Counted from the first letter of the stretch, positions 1 to 10,057 are shown. The stretch: 64,000 bases of DNA from a bacterium (GCA_015075175.1 JABTUV010000012.1:36018-100017); one strand, 5' to 3'. Made by a program: numbers and translations. The notes: generated by a model from the sequence alone, not told the origin.

Positions 1-303
1 ACTACGCACATGCCGTACCACAACCGGAACCACGCCAAACCGAGTTATAAGTTGCTTGGAATCAGCATGTTAAGAAAATTTGATCAGGTCGAACCGAAAC
101 CTTGTGTATGCCAATAAATACATTTGGTAAATAATTGATGCAATACGCAAGGCAAAAAGATTGCGCTCTGGCAGTGGACAACCTCCCGCTAGAGTCCCGA
201 AATCACACTTGGAAGGCCCCGATGTCCCCACAACTGGCGGAAATAGGATAGTTCCAAGCCTTGGGGAGGAGCGCTGAAACTTGCCCATACGGGCCGCTAC
301 GCC

Positions 304-594
304 ATGAAGATCCTCATCGTCAAGAAGGCAAGCGGCCTCCTCCAGTATCATAACGTTAAATCGGAGCACCAGTATGTCGAGTCGGGGCGGGTGCGAGTCA
401 CGCTGGAGGACGAAGGCGGCCGGTTGGAGGAGTTCGACCTGGGGCCGGGCGCCTGTTATGAAATCCGGCCGGGGCGGAGGCATCGCATCGAGGCTCTGGA
501 GGACCTGCGCATCTTCGAGGTGAGCACGCCGGAACTGGACGACGTGGTGCGCCTGTCCGACGACTACGGGCGGGAGGGGACGTCGGAGGCGTGA
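304..594 (+). CDS. small cupin-domain protein
   Basis: 96-aa ORF with a cupin-like beta-barrel motif (GxxxEIRPGxxHRIEA); coding-like codon usage; overlapping antisense ORF 70..780 judged spurious. Confidence 0.45.
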   Translation: MKILIVKKASGLLQYHNVKSEHQYVESGRVRVTLEDEGGRLEEFDLGPGACYEIRPGRRHRIEALEDLRIFEVSTPELDDVVRLSDDYGREGTSEA

Positions 595-669
595 GAGCCA
601 GATGCTCCGGTTCACAGGCAGGAGAGCCTTTAGCGCCCGGGGTATGTCGCACGTCTTTTGAGAATCCAA

Positions 670-698
670 TTGACAAGGCCCGGGAGCTTGCCTAACTT
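670..698 (+). promoter_or_regulatory. candidate sigma70-type promoter (TTGACA, 17-nt spacer, TAACTT) upstream of the 737 gene/rpmE
   Basis: -35 TTGACA at 670-675, 17-nt spacer, -10-like TAACTT at 693-698, about 40 nt upstream of a strong RBS and ATG at 737. Confidence 0.3.
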
Positions 699-736
699 GA
701 TCGCTGTGGGAACGCGTTTTTTGGGAGGGTGACGCC

Positions 737-1000
737 ATGAGCAAAGACCTCCACGACAAGGTCAAGATACTTCTGGTCATCGCTTTGATCTTTTTCGTCG
801 TCGGCGCGCTGGGGAGGTTCGCGGGTTACGGCAACGACCGGGCCATCCTGGGCATATATACGCCGGGGGCGTTCCATCGGGCCGCCGACACGGTGATTTT
901 GTTCGCCATCGGGTTGGCGCTGTACAACCTTTGCGGGCGGTATTTCAAGAAAGAGGAGCCGCCGGCGGCGCCGCAAGGCGACAAGCCGCCCCAGACGTAA
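737..1000 (+). CDS. small membrane protein (hypothetical)
   Basis: 87-aa ORF with RBS GGGAGGG 8 nt upstream; two hydrophobic helices ([27 protein letters not shown]). Confidence 0.45.
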   Translation: MSKDLHDKVKILLVIALIFFVVGALGRFAGYGNDRAILGIYTPGAFHRAADTVILFAIGLALYNLCGRYFKKEEPPAAPQGDKPPQT

Positions 1001-1035
1001 GCCGGGGGCCGGCGGAAGCTAATGAGGAGAGCAAC

Positions 1036-1248
1036 GTGAAGAAGGGCATTCATCCCGAGTATTTCGAGACCACAATTTCCTGCGCGTGCGGGGCCAAGTA
1101 TCCGACGCGTTCAACCAAAAAGGACATCCGGGTGGAGATTTGCGCGGCCTGCCATCCCTTTTTCACCGGCAAGAGCAAGCTGGTGGATACGGCGGGGCGG
1201 GTGGAGAAGTTCCGCCAGAAATACGCGCGCAAGCCGCGCCGCAACTAG
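1036..1248 (+). CDS. rpmE: 50S ribosomal protein L31
   Basis: GTG start preceded by GAGGAG; N-terminus VKKGIHPEY plus Cys pairs CACG...CAAC and the FTGK motif are diagnostic of L31. Confidence 0.85.
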   Translation: MKKGIHPEYFETTISCACGAKYPTRSTKKDIRVEICAACHPFFTGKSKLVDTAGRVEKFRQKYARKPRRN

Positions 1249-1252
1249 CCGC

Positions 1253-1273
1253 GCACGGGCGTCCCGCCCGTGC
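1253..1273. terminator. GC-rich hairpin between convergent genes (candidate bidirectional terminator)
   Basis: GCACGGGCG-TCC-CGCCCGTGC perfect 9-bp stem directly after the rpmE stop and before the 3' end of the minus-strand gene; no U-tract. Confidence 0.35.
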
Positions 1274-1346
1274 CGGGTTGCCTGCCCGGAGTGCAGGTTT
1301 CAGCCTGTTTGAATCGCAAACTGAAGTTTGTACTCCGGATGCGCCT

Positions 1347-2612
1347 TCACGTCTTGCGTTCCTTCTTCTTGGCCGCGGGGAAAAGCACGTTGTTCAGGAT
1401 CAGCCGATACCCCGGACTGCTCTTGTGCAGCGAGAGGTCGGTGGGCTTGTCGTAGACGATGTGCTGGGGATCCTCGGGATCATGTCCCGCCAGGTAGCTG
1501 AACATGCCCGCGCCGTACTCGCCATAGATGTACTTGGCCACGTCCTCGCCCGGGATTTCGCCCAGAATGACGATCCTGTCCTTGATGAACTTCTTCTTGA
1601 ATCCGCTGGTCTGGCCCAGAAAGTCCATCACGCGGTTGACGTGATTCTGCGTGAGCATGGTGGGAACCGGATCCACCTTGGCGCTGAACTCGAAGAGGGC
1701 GATCTCGTTGCCCTGGTAGCCCTTCAGCGAACCGCGGCCGGGCAGGTTGGCGTCGATGTCGGAATGTTCGTACACGTGGGCGTCCACGATGGGGGTGAAG
1801 TCCTTGAACGCGGGCGTGAGCGAGTAATCCAGCTTCTGGCGGAAGTTGGGGGTGACCGGGGTGCCGTCGATCTCGGGCGGCACGATGTCGACGCCCCGGG
1901 CGGCCAGCGCGATGTCGAAGGTGTCGGTGGCCGCGCACATGGAGAACATGAAGCCTCCGCGGGCGATGTAGTCCATGATCTTGACGCACACGGCCCGCTT
2001 GTGCTCCGCCACGGAGGCAAAGCCCGCCTCCTGCGCCGCCTTGGTAAAATCCGCCACCTGCCGCCGATACCAGGAGGTGTTGGCGTAGCTCGAGTAGAAC
2101 TTGCCGTACTGGCCGGTGAAATCCTCGTGATGCAGGTGCAGCCAGTCGTACCTGGGCAACTGGTCCTGCAGGACCTCGGGGTCCCACAGCTTGGCGTAGG
2201 GGATTTCCGCGTACTCGAGGGCGAGGGTGACGGCGTCGTCCCAGGGGTCATTTCCCGGCGGCGTGTAGACGGCGACCTTGGGCGCCTTGTCCAGCTCGGC
2301 GACGTCCATGTTGGCCTCGGCCATCTCGCGGTGAATGGCGTCCAGTCGCGCCGGGGTAATGGCCTGGACGCGGACGCCCAGGAGTCGCGCGCGAGTCGTC
2401 ACGTCGGCGACGTTCTTGATGACGAAGCTGCCGCCGCGATAGTTCAGGAGCCACTCGCCCATCCCCGAGCGCGGCGGCTGCAGCGCCCAGTACATGAGAC
2501 CGTAAGCCTTGAGATGGTCGGTCTGGGTCTCGTCCATGGGAATGAGATAGTACTCCGCGCGGGCGGCGGGCAGGCTGCACAGGCAGGCGCAGACAAGAAG
2601 CAGGCGAGTCAT
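1347..2612 (-). CDS. secreted hypothetical protein (possibly class-I glutamine amidotransferase-like fold)
   Basis: Likely start is MTRLLLVCACLCSLPAARA (signal peptide) at 2612 inside the longer track ORF 1347..3155; start overlaps the upstream gene stop (ATGA); no confident family assignment. Confidence 0.5.
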   Translation of the reverse strand: MTRLLLVCACLCSLPAARAEYYLIPMDETQTDHLKAYGLMYWALQPPRSGMGEWLLNYRGGSFVIKNVADVTTRARLLGVRVQAITPARLDAIHREMAEANMDVAELDKAPKVAVYTPPGNDPWDDAVTLALEYAEIPYAKLWDPEVLQDQLPRYDWLHLHHEDFTGQYGKFYSSYANTSWYRRQVADFTKAAQEAGFASVAEHKRAVCVKIMDYIARGGFMFSMCAATDTFDIALAARGVDIVPPEIDGTPVTPNFRQKLDYSLTPAFKDFTPIVDAHVYEHSDIDANLPGRGSLKGYQGNEIALFEFSAKVDPVPTMLTQNHVNRVMDFLGQTSGFKKKFIKDRIVILGEIPGEDVAKYIYGEYGAGMFSYLAGHDPEDPQHIVYDKPTDLSLHKSSPGYRLILNNVLFPAAKKKERKT

Positions 2613-3139
2613 GGTTGCTCTTCCTTTTCGGGTGGTTGCTTGCGGAATTCGTTGAGGCGGGCGAGGAGCATCTGCGCGTGCAGGTTGCCGGGCTTGACGC
2701 CGGGCGACAGTTCCTCCGCCAGGAGCCGGCGCGCCTCGTCCATCTCGCCGCGGTTGATGAGATGGTGCGCCAGAAGGAAGCGCACGTCGGGGAAGGCGGG
2801 ATTGATCTCCAGGGCGCGGCGCAGGACGGCCTCGCTGCGTTCGGCCATGTCCAAGTGCGCGTAGAGCGAACCCAGGTTGAGAAGCACGGTGCAATTGTCG
2901 GGTTCCAGGGTGCGCGCGTACTCCATGTGCACGAGCGCCTCGGGCAGGTCGTGCCGGCATTGAATCAAGAGCGCCCCCAGGTTGACGCGCGCCGCCACGT
3001 GGTCGGGCGCCAGCTCCACCGCGCGCCGATACATCTCCAGCGCCTTCTTGGGCCTGCCCAGCTTGTAGGTTTGGTCGGCGAGGACGACCAGCATCTCGGG
3101 ATCGGACAGTTTCCGCCATTTTTCGCGAAAGCGGAACAT
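2609..3139 (-). CDS. tetratricopeptide (TPR) repeat protein
   Basis: 176-aa ORF with repeated TPR-like helices (LEMYRRAVELAPDH, LRRALEINPAF); translationally coupled (ATGA) on both sides. Confidence 0.6.
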   Translation of the reverse strand: MFRFREKWRKLSDPEMLVVLADQTYKLGRPKKALEMYRRAVELAPDHVAARVNLGALLIQCRHDLPEALVHMEYARTLEPDNCTVLLNLGSLYAHLDMAERSEAVLRRALEINPAFPDVRFLLAHHLINRGEMDEARRLLAEELSPGVKPGNLHAQMLLARLNEFRKQPPEKEEQP

Positions 3140-4623
3140 CAGCGGACGCCCCCAAAGAGGCTGGGCGCGGGCTCCGCCCGGACCACCTCCAGCGCGCGCG
3201 CCAACTGCGGGTCCATCGCCAGTTCCCGCTCCCGCGGCGACAGCGGCCCCAGCACGTTCTCCACGATCTCCGCCCGCTGCTTCTCCGCCGTCGCGTCCAG
3301 CACCCGCCGATGCTTGAGGTCGTCGGGCATGGCCGCCATCAGCTTGCGGTACGACTCGGACCCGGCCAGAAGGGTCTCTTCATCCAACCTCACCTCCACG
3401 TCCGGCGCAATGCCGGTGCCGTGAATGCACACGCCCTTGGGCGTATAGTACTTGGCGATGGTCAGTTTGAGCGCGGTCCGGTCACCCAGCTGGTAGATTT
3501 CCTGCACCGAGCCTTTGCCGTAGGTGCGGGTCCCCACGAGTTTGCCGCGTCCCTGGTCCTTGATGGCGCCGGCGACAATCTCGGAGGCCGACGCCGAGCC
3601 GCCGTCGACGAGCACGACCAGGGGCAGGTCCTGAAACGGCGAACGACGCCCCACGCGGAACTCGCCGGTGTGCAGTTGATTGCGCCCGCGCGTGGTCGTC
3701 ACCAGCCGATGGTTGCGGAGAAAGAGGCCGGCGACTTCGACGGCCTGCTCCAGAAGCCCGCCGGGATTGCCGCGCAGGTCCAGTATCAGGCGCTTGGCGT
3801 CGTGATTGACGCGCAGATAGTTGAGGCCGGTCTCCAGGTCGTGGGCAGAGCCGGCGTGAAGGAACGTGGCAAGCCGGATGTAGCCGACCTCGTCGTCGAG
3901 CATGTGGTACTGGACGTTTTTGGGGGCGATGGGTTCGCGGGTGACGCGAAATAAGAGCGGCTCGGGCGCCCCTGCCCGGCGCACCGTGAGTTCCACCCAG
4001 GATCCGACCGGTCCCCTCATGCGTTCGCGGGCCTCCGCCAGGCTGTGCACGGCCTCGCCGCTCACGGCTAGGATCACGTCGCCGGAGCGCAGCCCGATGC
4101 GGAAAGCCGGCATGTCGCGCAACGCCGACAGGATCACAACCTGCCCGTCGCGCTCGTCCAGGTAGACGCCGATGCCGGAGATTTCCGCGAAATCGCCGCG
4201 CATCATGTCCTGCATCTTCTCGTTGCTCTCCGCCAGGAGCAAAGTGGAGAAGGGATCGCCCAGGCTGTCCACCATGGCCACTTCCGCGTCACGGAACAGG
4301 TTGGCGATGGGTTCGCCGGCGCGATGGGTGCGCGACAGCTCGTTGATGATGCGCCGCAGCACCAGCGGCGACAGGTCAGCGGTTCCGCCGGGGACAAAAT
4401 GCGTCAGAGGCAGGGCGGGGGTGATGTCGCGCACCAGCCGTGCGTACGCGGCGGCCAGAAGCTCCTCGGGGGTGGCGCCGTCGACGTACTGGTTGACGAT
4501 TTGGTGGAAGACGGTGTTAAAGGCGACTTCGGGATCGCGGGCGGGCGGGACCGGCTGCGCCCACGCCGCCGCGGCGAGCCACGCCGCGCATCCCAGCATC
4601 CATCCCCGTCGCCGCCCGCTCAT
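3139..4623 (-). CDS. ctpA: carboxyl-terminal processing peptidase (S41 family)
   Basis: Start MSGRRRGW at 4623 with signal peptide; PDZ plus S41 domain motifs (GNPGG, VDGGSASASE, TYGKGSVQ); the N-terminal extension of track ORF 3139..5124 is non-coding-like. Confidence 0.8.
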   Translation of the reverse strand: MSGRRRGWMLGCAAWLAAAAWAQPVPPARDPEVAFNTVFHQIVNQYVDGATPEELLAAAYARLVRDITPALPLTHFVPGGTADLSPLVLRRIINELSRTHRAGEPIANLFRDAEVAMVDSLGDPFSTLLLAESNEKMQDMMRGDFAEISGIGVYLDERDGQVVILSALRDMPAFRIGLRSGDVILAVSGEAVHSLAEARERMRGPVGSWVELTVRRAGAPEPLLFRVTREPIAPKNVQYHMLDDEVGYIRLATFLHAGSAHDLETGLNYLRVNHDAKRLILDLRGNPGGLLEQAVEVAGLFLRNHRLVTTTRGRNQLHTGEFRVGRRSPFQDLPLVVLVDGGSASASEIVAGAIKDQGRGKLVGTRTYGKGSVQEIYQLGDRTALKLTIAKYYTPKGVCIHGTGIAPDVEVRLDEETLLAGSESYRKLMAAMPDDLKHRRVLDATAEKQRAEIVENVLGPLSPRERELAMDPQLARALEVVRAEPAPSLFGGVR

Positions 4624-4682
4624 AGCGCCCCCCCCGCCCCTACAGACGTGTGTGACCAGTTTAGCGGTTAAGAGGCGCGGTT

Positions 4683-5459
4683 TCAAGGACGGCGCGACGA
4701 CGGGCGATTGCCGCCCGCCGAAGAATGCGGCGCAGCCTGCGCCGAAGCGCTGCGGGACGGGGTTTCGACCGGCGACAAGGCGGTCTCGGCCATGACCCAG
4801 CCCCCCCATAGCAGCACGGTCGCGGCCAGCATTTCTCCCAGTTCCTCCGCGCACACTTCCATTGTGTAGCCGTGGGCTTTCAGGCCCGTCAGGTCGGAAA
4901 GGAGCTCCAATCCCTCGGCGCTGAGCAGCAAGAGGGTGAACCCGGCCGCGAGGAGCCACGTGGCCCGAGGAACCGCCGACAGACTGTCCTTCAAGCCCCG
5001 GAACAACCAGACCAGGAATACGACCAGGGGGAGGGTGACGAGAGACGTCCAGGATCGCGTGCGCTCCAAGAATCTGTCCGGATGGGCGTCGGCGAACAGG
5101 CGGCTCAGGCGGTCGCCGATCCATTCGTGGATCTGCGCGGACTCATCCAGGGAAAGGAGGACCAGCAGCGCCGCCAGCGCCCACAAGAGGCGCGCGCCGC
5201 GGCGGAGGGTCGCTCCGCTGCGCCAGGCAAAGAACGCGATCAGCCCCGCCGCCCCCCCCAATTGCATCGACGAGTACCAGGCCGGCAGGTTTGCCTCCTC
5301 GTCCAGGTCGAAGAACTGCGCGTACTTGCCGGGAGGCACGTCCAACCACGCGTTGACGGCATACACGGCGACCAGCAGCGCATCGATGGCGAAGAAGAGT
5401 TGAATCCAGCGCGGGACGGTCGAACCGCGTGCAGGGTTGGGGAAACGCTCAGCCTGCAT
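4683..5459 (-). CDS. integral membrane protein (hypothetical)
   Basis: 258-aa ORF with 5-6 hydrophobic helices; no recognisable family. Confidence 0.45.
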   Translation of the reverse strand: MQAERFPNPARGSTVPRWIQLFFAIDALLVAVYAVNAWLDVPPGKYAQFFDLDEEANLPAWYSSMQLGGAAGLIAFFAWRSGATLRRGARLLWALAALLVLLSLDESAQIHEWIGDRLSRLFADAHPDRFLERTRSWTSLVTLPLVVFLVWLFRGLKDSLSAVPRATWLLAAGFTLLLLSAEGLELLSDLTGLKAHGYTMEVCAEELGEMLAATVLLWGGWVMAETALSPVETPSRSASAQAAPHSSAGGNRPSSRRP

Positions 5460-5560
5460 AAAGACCTCCTGGGTATCCGCAGCTGCGAGAGGAGCGGCGG
5501 CACCCCAAAATACCCGGAATGCGCGAGTGAGGCAAAGCGAATCACGTTGACTTCGCGTCG

Positions 5561-5793
5561 CCCAGAGGGCGAGGTGCAGTCCCCTCTCCCTGGGGGAGAG
5601 GGTTAAGGTGAGGGGGCGCGTGGGGACCGCGCGCTGCGGCGATGCGGCGCGCCGGCGGCGAACTTCCCCCTCACCCGGCGCTGCGCGCCGACCTCTCCCT
5701 CAGGGAGAGGTAAAGAATGCGCTGCGCGCCGACCTCTCCCTCAGGGCGAGGTGCAATCCCCTCTCCCTTGGGGAGAGGGTAAGGGTGAGGGGG
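5561..5793. repeat. REP-like palindromic repeats (CCTCTCCCTCAGGGAGAGG family), at least 3 units
   Basis: Units cccctctccctgggggagaggg and gacctctccctcagggagagg repeated at 5581-5602, 5691-5712, 5731-5752 and 5756-5782; each is an inverted repeat; the same family recurs at 47341-47428. Confidence 0.7.
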
Positions 5794-5874
5794 CGGATCG
5801 CCAACGTTTGACACCCGCCCCGACGCCTGTTACAACTAGGCTTCCGCGACGGCGGACCGGGAGCGAGTTTGGCG

Positions 5875-6873
5875 ATGAGCGGCAACGGAACCCCCCTCTT
5901 GACGGTGCGCGGCCTATACAAGCATTTCCCCATCCGGCGGGGCCTTTTGGGTCGCACCGTGGGGTGGGTGAAGGCCGTGGACGGCGTGGATTTCTTCATC
6001 AATCGGGGCGAGACGCTGGGGCTGGCGGGCGAGAGCGGCTGCGGCAAGACGACGGCGGGGCGGCTGATCCTGCGGCTTCTGGAGGCGAGCCAAGGCTCGG
6101 TCCTGTTCCGCGACGGCGAGAGCGGCCGCGAGGTCGAGCTGCTGCATCTCTCGCATCGCGCCATGCATCCGTACCGGCGCAAAATCCAGGTCATCTTCCA
6201 GGACCCCTACTCGTCGCTGAATCCGCGCCTGACGGTGGAAAACGCCATCGGCGAGCCGCTCTCGATCTTCAAGATGGTCAAGGACTCGCGGGAGCGACGG
6301 GAGCGGGTGGCGGAGCTGCTCTCGCTGGTGGGACTGTCGGAGGAACACATGTCGCGCTATCCGCACGAGTTCTCCGGCGGCCAGCGGCAGCGCATCGGCA
6401 TCGCGCGCGCGCTGGCGCTGGGGCCGCAACTCATCATCTGCGACGAACCCGTCTCCGCCCTGGACGTCTCCATCCAGGCGCAGATCATCAACCTCCTCAT
6501 GGACCTGCAGAGCCGCTTCCACTTCAGCTATCTCTTCATCGCCCACGACCTGTCGGTGGTGCGGCACATCAGCGACCGGGTCGCCATCATGTACCTGGGG
6601 CGGATCGTGGAGATGGCGGAGAAGAACGAGATTTACGCCAATCCACTGCATCCCTACACCAAGGCGCTGTTGGACGCCGTGCCCATTCCCGATCCCACCC
6701 AGCGGCGCAAGCGCATGCTCTTGGAGGGAGACGTGCCCAGCCCGGCCAATCCGCCCTCGGGCTGCCACTTCCATCCCCGCTGTCCGTTCGTGATGCCGCA
6801 ATGCAAGACCGTAGATCCGGTGCTAAAGGATCACGGCGGCGGCCACTTCGCGGCCTGCCATCTCTACGAGTAA
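5875..6873 (+). CDS. oligopeptide/dipeptide ABC transporter ATP-binding protein (OppF/DppF-like)
   Basis: Walker [10 protein letters not shown], signature FSGGQRQR, Walker [14 protein letters not shown]-terminal oligopeptide-transporter extension with Cys cluster; no partner permease or binding protein nearby. Confidence 0.8.
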   Translation: MSGNGTPLLTVRGLYKHFPIRRGLLGRTVGWVKAVDGVDFFINRGETLGLAGESGCGKTTAGRLILRLLEASQGSVLFRDGESGREVELLHLSHRAMHPYRRKIQVIFQDPYSSLNPRLTVENAIGEPLSIFKMVKDSRERRERVAELLSLVGLSEEHMSRYPHEFSGGQRQRIGIARALALGPQLIICDEPVSALDVSIQAQIINLLMDLQSRFHFSYLFIAHDLSVVRHISDRVAIMYLGRIVEMAEKNEIYANPLHPYTKALLDAVPIPDPTQRRKRMLLEGDVPSPANPPSGCHFHPRCPFVMPQCKTVDPVLKDHGGGHFAACHLYE

Positions 6874-7146
6874 GCCCCCGTCGGTCGGTTTCGCCCACCG
6901 CGCGAGCCGGAGTACCGGCTTCAACCGGTTCCTTGGTGGTTCGGCGCAGGGCGCTGCGCGACTGCCGCAGTAACGCTTCGATGAGGAGGAGGGGGTCGGC
7001 GGCGTGGGGTGCGCCGCTGTGGTCCAAGTCGGTCTGGTCGCGCTCGAATCCGCGCCGGGGCAGTGCAACCACAACTCGAACACGTCCAGACGATCCATGC
7101 GCCGGTCCATCCGCGCGTCGCCGCAACGGGCGACAGGATGTCGCCC

Positions 7147-8244
7147 CTACGCGAGCGCGGTTGCGTACTCGCGGCGCAGCTCGGCGACGGTTTCGAAGAT
7201 GGCCGTGATGGTCGCGTCGGGGACCTGGTCGTCCATGTTGATGCAGCAGACGCCGGTAAGATAGGGATTGTCGGAATCCTTCACCAGGCGTCTGATTTCC
7301 GCGCGTACTTCGTCCTGCGTCTTGTGCACCATCTCGACGGGAGAAAGGCGGATGTTAAGAAACGTCTGGGGCAGGTGGGCGCGCAGCGTCTTCACGTCAC
7401 CGCCCCAGCCCACGTCGAGAAAATCCAGACCGGGGAGGGCGGCGAAGTCTTCGGCGAACCGATGCGGGTCCGAACCGCAGAAGTGGATGCCGTAGGGACG
7501 GTACTTGGCGTTCCAGCGCCGGTCGAACTCCCACAGCACGCTGCGATAGTCCTGGTTGGAGATCATGGTGTGCGTGCATTCGGAATGCAGAAACACGGGT
7601 TTGGGAATGTGCCGCACGTTGCGATTGACGGAAATGCTCGTGCTGTGAGTTTCGCCCGACACGATGGCCGTGAAGCGCTCGATCAACTCGGCGATCCCGG
7701 CAAACAGCCGCCGGGTCTGGTCGGGGCGCTCCAGGATGTCGATGAAGATATCCTGGCCGCGCAGGTCGAGGCCGAGGTTGAGAATGCCCGACCAGTTGGC
7801 GTCGCCGGTGAGATAGCCGTGTTTCTCCTTGAGGGCCGCCAACATAGTTTCATACTTCTTCCAGACGGGCGAGCGGAAGGCCGCGTCCACGTCGATCCGC
7901 AGGTCCGTACGATCCGCGGGCATGACGGTGGGCGAGGAGTTCTCTTCGTAACGGACGGGACAGCCCATCATCTCCGAGAGCAGAAAACCGGCCGCCAGAT
8001 GCACGGCGCCGACCTGCGGCAGGTCGCGCTGGTGGTTTTCTCCCAAGCCGAACCGGCCCCAGCGTTCGTAGAGCGCCCGCTCCATGCGGCGTTCATCCTC
8101 AATCCGGCGGACGGGATGGAAGAAGAAGTCGGGGTCGAAGCTGATGCCCTCGTGCCGATTCCACCAGGAGGGATGCAGCACGATGTCCACGGGCAGGGGT
8201 TCGTTGTCCAGATAGGGGTTTCTGGGGTAGGTCGAGCTGGTCAC
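7147..8244 (-). CDS. uroporphyrinogen decarboxylase (URO-D) family protein
   Basis: 365-aa ORF with a URO-D/MtaA-like C-terminal TIM-barrel motif (GIHFCGSDPHRF...LDVGWGGDV); family-level call only. Confidence 0.55.
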   Translation of the reverse strand: MTSSTYPRNPYLDNEPLPVDIVLHPSWWNRHEGISFDPDFFFHPVRRIEDERRMERALYERWGRFGLGENHQRDLPQVGAVHLAAGFLLSEMMGCPVRYEENSSPTVMPADRTDLRIDVDAAFRSPVWKKYETMLAALKEKHGYLTGDANWSGILNLGLDLRGQDIFIDILERPDQTRRLFAGIAELIERFTAIVSGETHSTSISVNRNVRHIPKPVFLHSECTHTMISNQDYRSVLWEFDRRWNAKYRPYGIHFCGSDPHRFAEDFAALPGLDFLDVGWGGDVKTLRAHLPQTFLNIRLSPVEMVHKTQDEVRAEIRRLVKDSDNPYLTGVCCINMDDQVPDATITAIFETVAELRREYATALA

Positions 8245-8493
8245 GGGTCGTTCCTCATGATGATGGGGTCACTTTCCCTCCGAGGACGAGAGTGGCACAA
8301 GCCGGGCCGGATGCCAAGATCGAATCCCTATGAAGGCTCCTGGCTGCGATTGAGAAGCATACTCAGGCGCAGGAAGCGGCCCGCGGGGGACCTTGATGGC
8401 GCCGGTACACGGAGCGTCCGCATCCGGTTTCCGTTGGCCGCCCGGCGGTTTTTCGGCTATCATGGGCTGATTCATCTTACGGCGGGGTGGACG

Positions 8494-9039
8494 ATGGAGC
8501 GAGAGGCTTTGGCGGCCAGGATATACCAGGTCGCGCACCTGACGGGTCATTTCGTATTGCGCTCGGGCAAGACCAGCAGCGAGTACTTCGACAAGTATCG
8601 CTTCGAGTCGGACCCGGAAATCCTGGCGGAGATCGCCGCGCAGATGGCGGAACTTCTGCCCGAGGAGACGGAGATGCTGGCGGGGCTGGAGACCGGCGGC
8701 ATCCCGCTGGCTACCGCCCTGTCGCTGTATACCGGCCTGCCGGCGATCTTCGTGCGCAAGAAGGCCAAGGATTACGGGACCCGCCGTCTCGCCGAGGGCG
8801 CCGACTTCGCCGGCCGCAATGTGGCGGTAGTCGAAGACGTGATCACGACCGGCGGACAAGTGGTCGAGTCGACGCGCAAGTTGGAGGAATTGGGCGCGGA
8901 GATCGCGGCCGTGGTGTGCGTGATCGACCGGCAGAGCGGCGGGCGCGAGAACATCGAGAAAGCCGGCTACCGGCTGGCCTCGCTTTTTACCAAGAGCGAC
9001 CTGGAAGCGGCGGCCAAGGCCACGCATCGCAACGAGTGA
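8494..9039 (+). CDS. pyrE: orotate phosphoribosyltransferase
   Basis: ATG inside long track ORF 7009..9039; HFVLRSGKTSSEYFDKYRF and the PRPP-binding motif VAVVEDVITTGG are diagnostic. Confidence 0.85.
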   Translation: MEREALAARIYQVAHLTGHFVLRSGKTSSEYFDKYRFESDPEILAEIAAQMAELLPEETEMLAGLETGGIPLATALSLYTGLPAIFVRKKAKDYGTRRLAEGADFAGRNVAVVEDVITTGGQVVESTRKLEELGAEIAAVVCVIDRQSGGRENIEKAGYRLASLFTKSDLEAAAKATHRNE

Positions 9040-9058
9040 GGCAGGGAATAGGACGTCG

Positions 9059-9089
9059 TATGGGACCTATGGGATCTATGGGTTGAGGT
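9059..9089. repeat. TATGGGACC-type short tandem repeat (3 units)
   Basis: gtatgggacctatgggatctatggg directly downstream of the pyrE stop; the same motif family forms an inverted-repeat structure at 28110-28215. Confidence 0.6.
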
Positions 9090-9164
9090 CGGTGAAGGAC
9101 GGTCCCGCGCGGCTTCCCGGTGATCGGACTCCGCGTTTTTTGCGTCTCTGCGCAGGCTCTCCCC

Positions 9165-10057
9165 TCAGCGCTGCTGCAGGAGGTACTCGTCGGCGGCGGG
9201 AGGAAGAGGCTCGGCGGTCTCGGGGGATCCTTTCAGCGCGTGCCAGCCGAGATAGAGGAGCGTTGCCAGCGCCAGCGCGGCGGCGGTTTTGAGGACCGCG
9301 GAAGAGAACGCCCCCAGGCCGGGTCCCGAGGATGCGGCGGAGTGTGTCAGTGTCGCTCCCGCGAGCCTCTCTTGCGCGGGCGGCGTCTGCGTGTGCAGGG
9401 CGGCGGCAGGCAAGGGGCCGCCGGCTGTGCCGGCGACCGCCAACTTGCCCAGGGACGCCGCCAGCGAAGGGGGAACCTGTGCCCCGGCGGAGAGCGGCAG
9501 GAGCGACGCGAGTACCGCCGCGCCCACGAGCATCCCCCGGTCGGCCAGGTGCATGCGGACCATTTCGACGCCCCGGGCGATGCGGCGCGTGACCGCCGAG
9601 CGCGTCACGCCCATGCGTTCGGCGATCTCCTCGTGCTTGGCTCCGGTGAAGAAATGTTGCACCAGGGGGTCGCGCAGCTCCTCGGGCAGGGCGGCGATGG
9701 CCCTCGTCCACGCATCGCTTCCACCGCGGCCTAGCCGATATCGCCGCCGTCCGTCTGCGTGGCGGCGTGGGTCGCCTCGCGCTTCTTGCGGCTGGACTGC
9801 GAGCGCACGAGGTCCAACGAGCGATGCGTCGCCAGATAGTGCAGCCAGCCGGCCAGCGAGCTGTGGACGTCCGTCTGCCCGCGCGCCAGGCGTAGAAAAC
9901 ACTCCTGCGTCACGTCCTCCGCGTCCTCGGGGTTGCGCAGGATGCGCCGGCAGGTCGCGTAGACCATGCCCGAGTAGCGCGCCACGATCTCCGCGAACGC
10001 CTCGGCGTCCCGACTGTGGACCCATCGCTGCAAGAGCGCCAGATCGGCCGTGGACAT
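9165..10057 (-). pseudogene. ECF-type RNA polymerase sigma factor interrupted by an apparent frameshift; region 4 is fused to a C-terminal membrane-spanning extension
   Basis: Frame A (10057..9734) encodes sigma region 2 (MSTADLALLQRW...DVTQECFLRLA...SRKKRE) and stops at 9731. Frame B (track ORF 9165..10025) carries region 4 (LPEELRDPLVQHFFTGAKHEEIAERMGVTRSAVTRRIARG), then hydrophobic helices and a Pro/Ala-rich tail; it overlaps frame A around 9734-9770. Confidence 0.6.

Noticed and set aside
1086-2864. 592-aa plus-strand ORF, and similar long ORFs (70..780, 3310..3954, 5914..6801, 16118..16792, 9289..10059, 24616..25203)
   Set aside because: They lie antisense or out of frame to genes with clear homology. 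Their composition is Arg/Ala/Gly/Pro-rich with no motifs, which is typical of spurious ORFs in high-GC DNA.
5561-5793. Possible CRISPR array (direct repeats with spacers)
   Set aside because: Only 2-4 irregularly spaced units, each an internal palindrome of the REP type; the same family recurs at 47.3 kb. There is no repeat-spacer periodicity and there are no cas genes.
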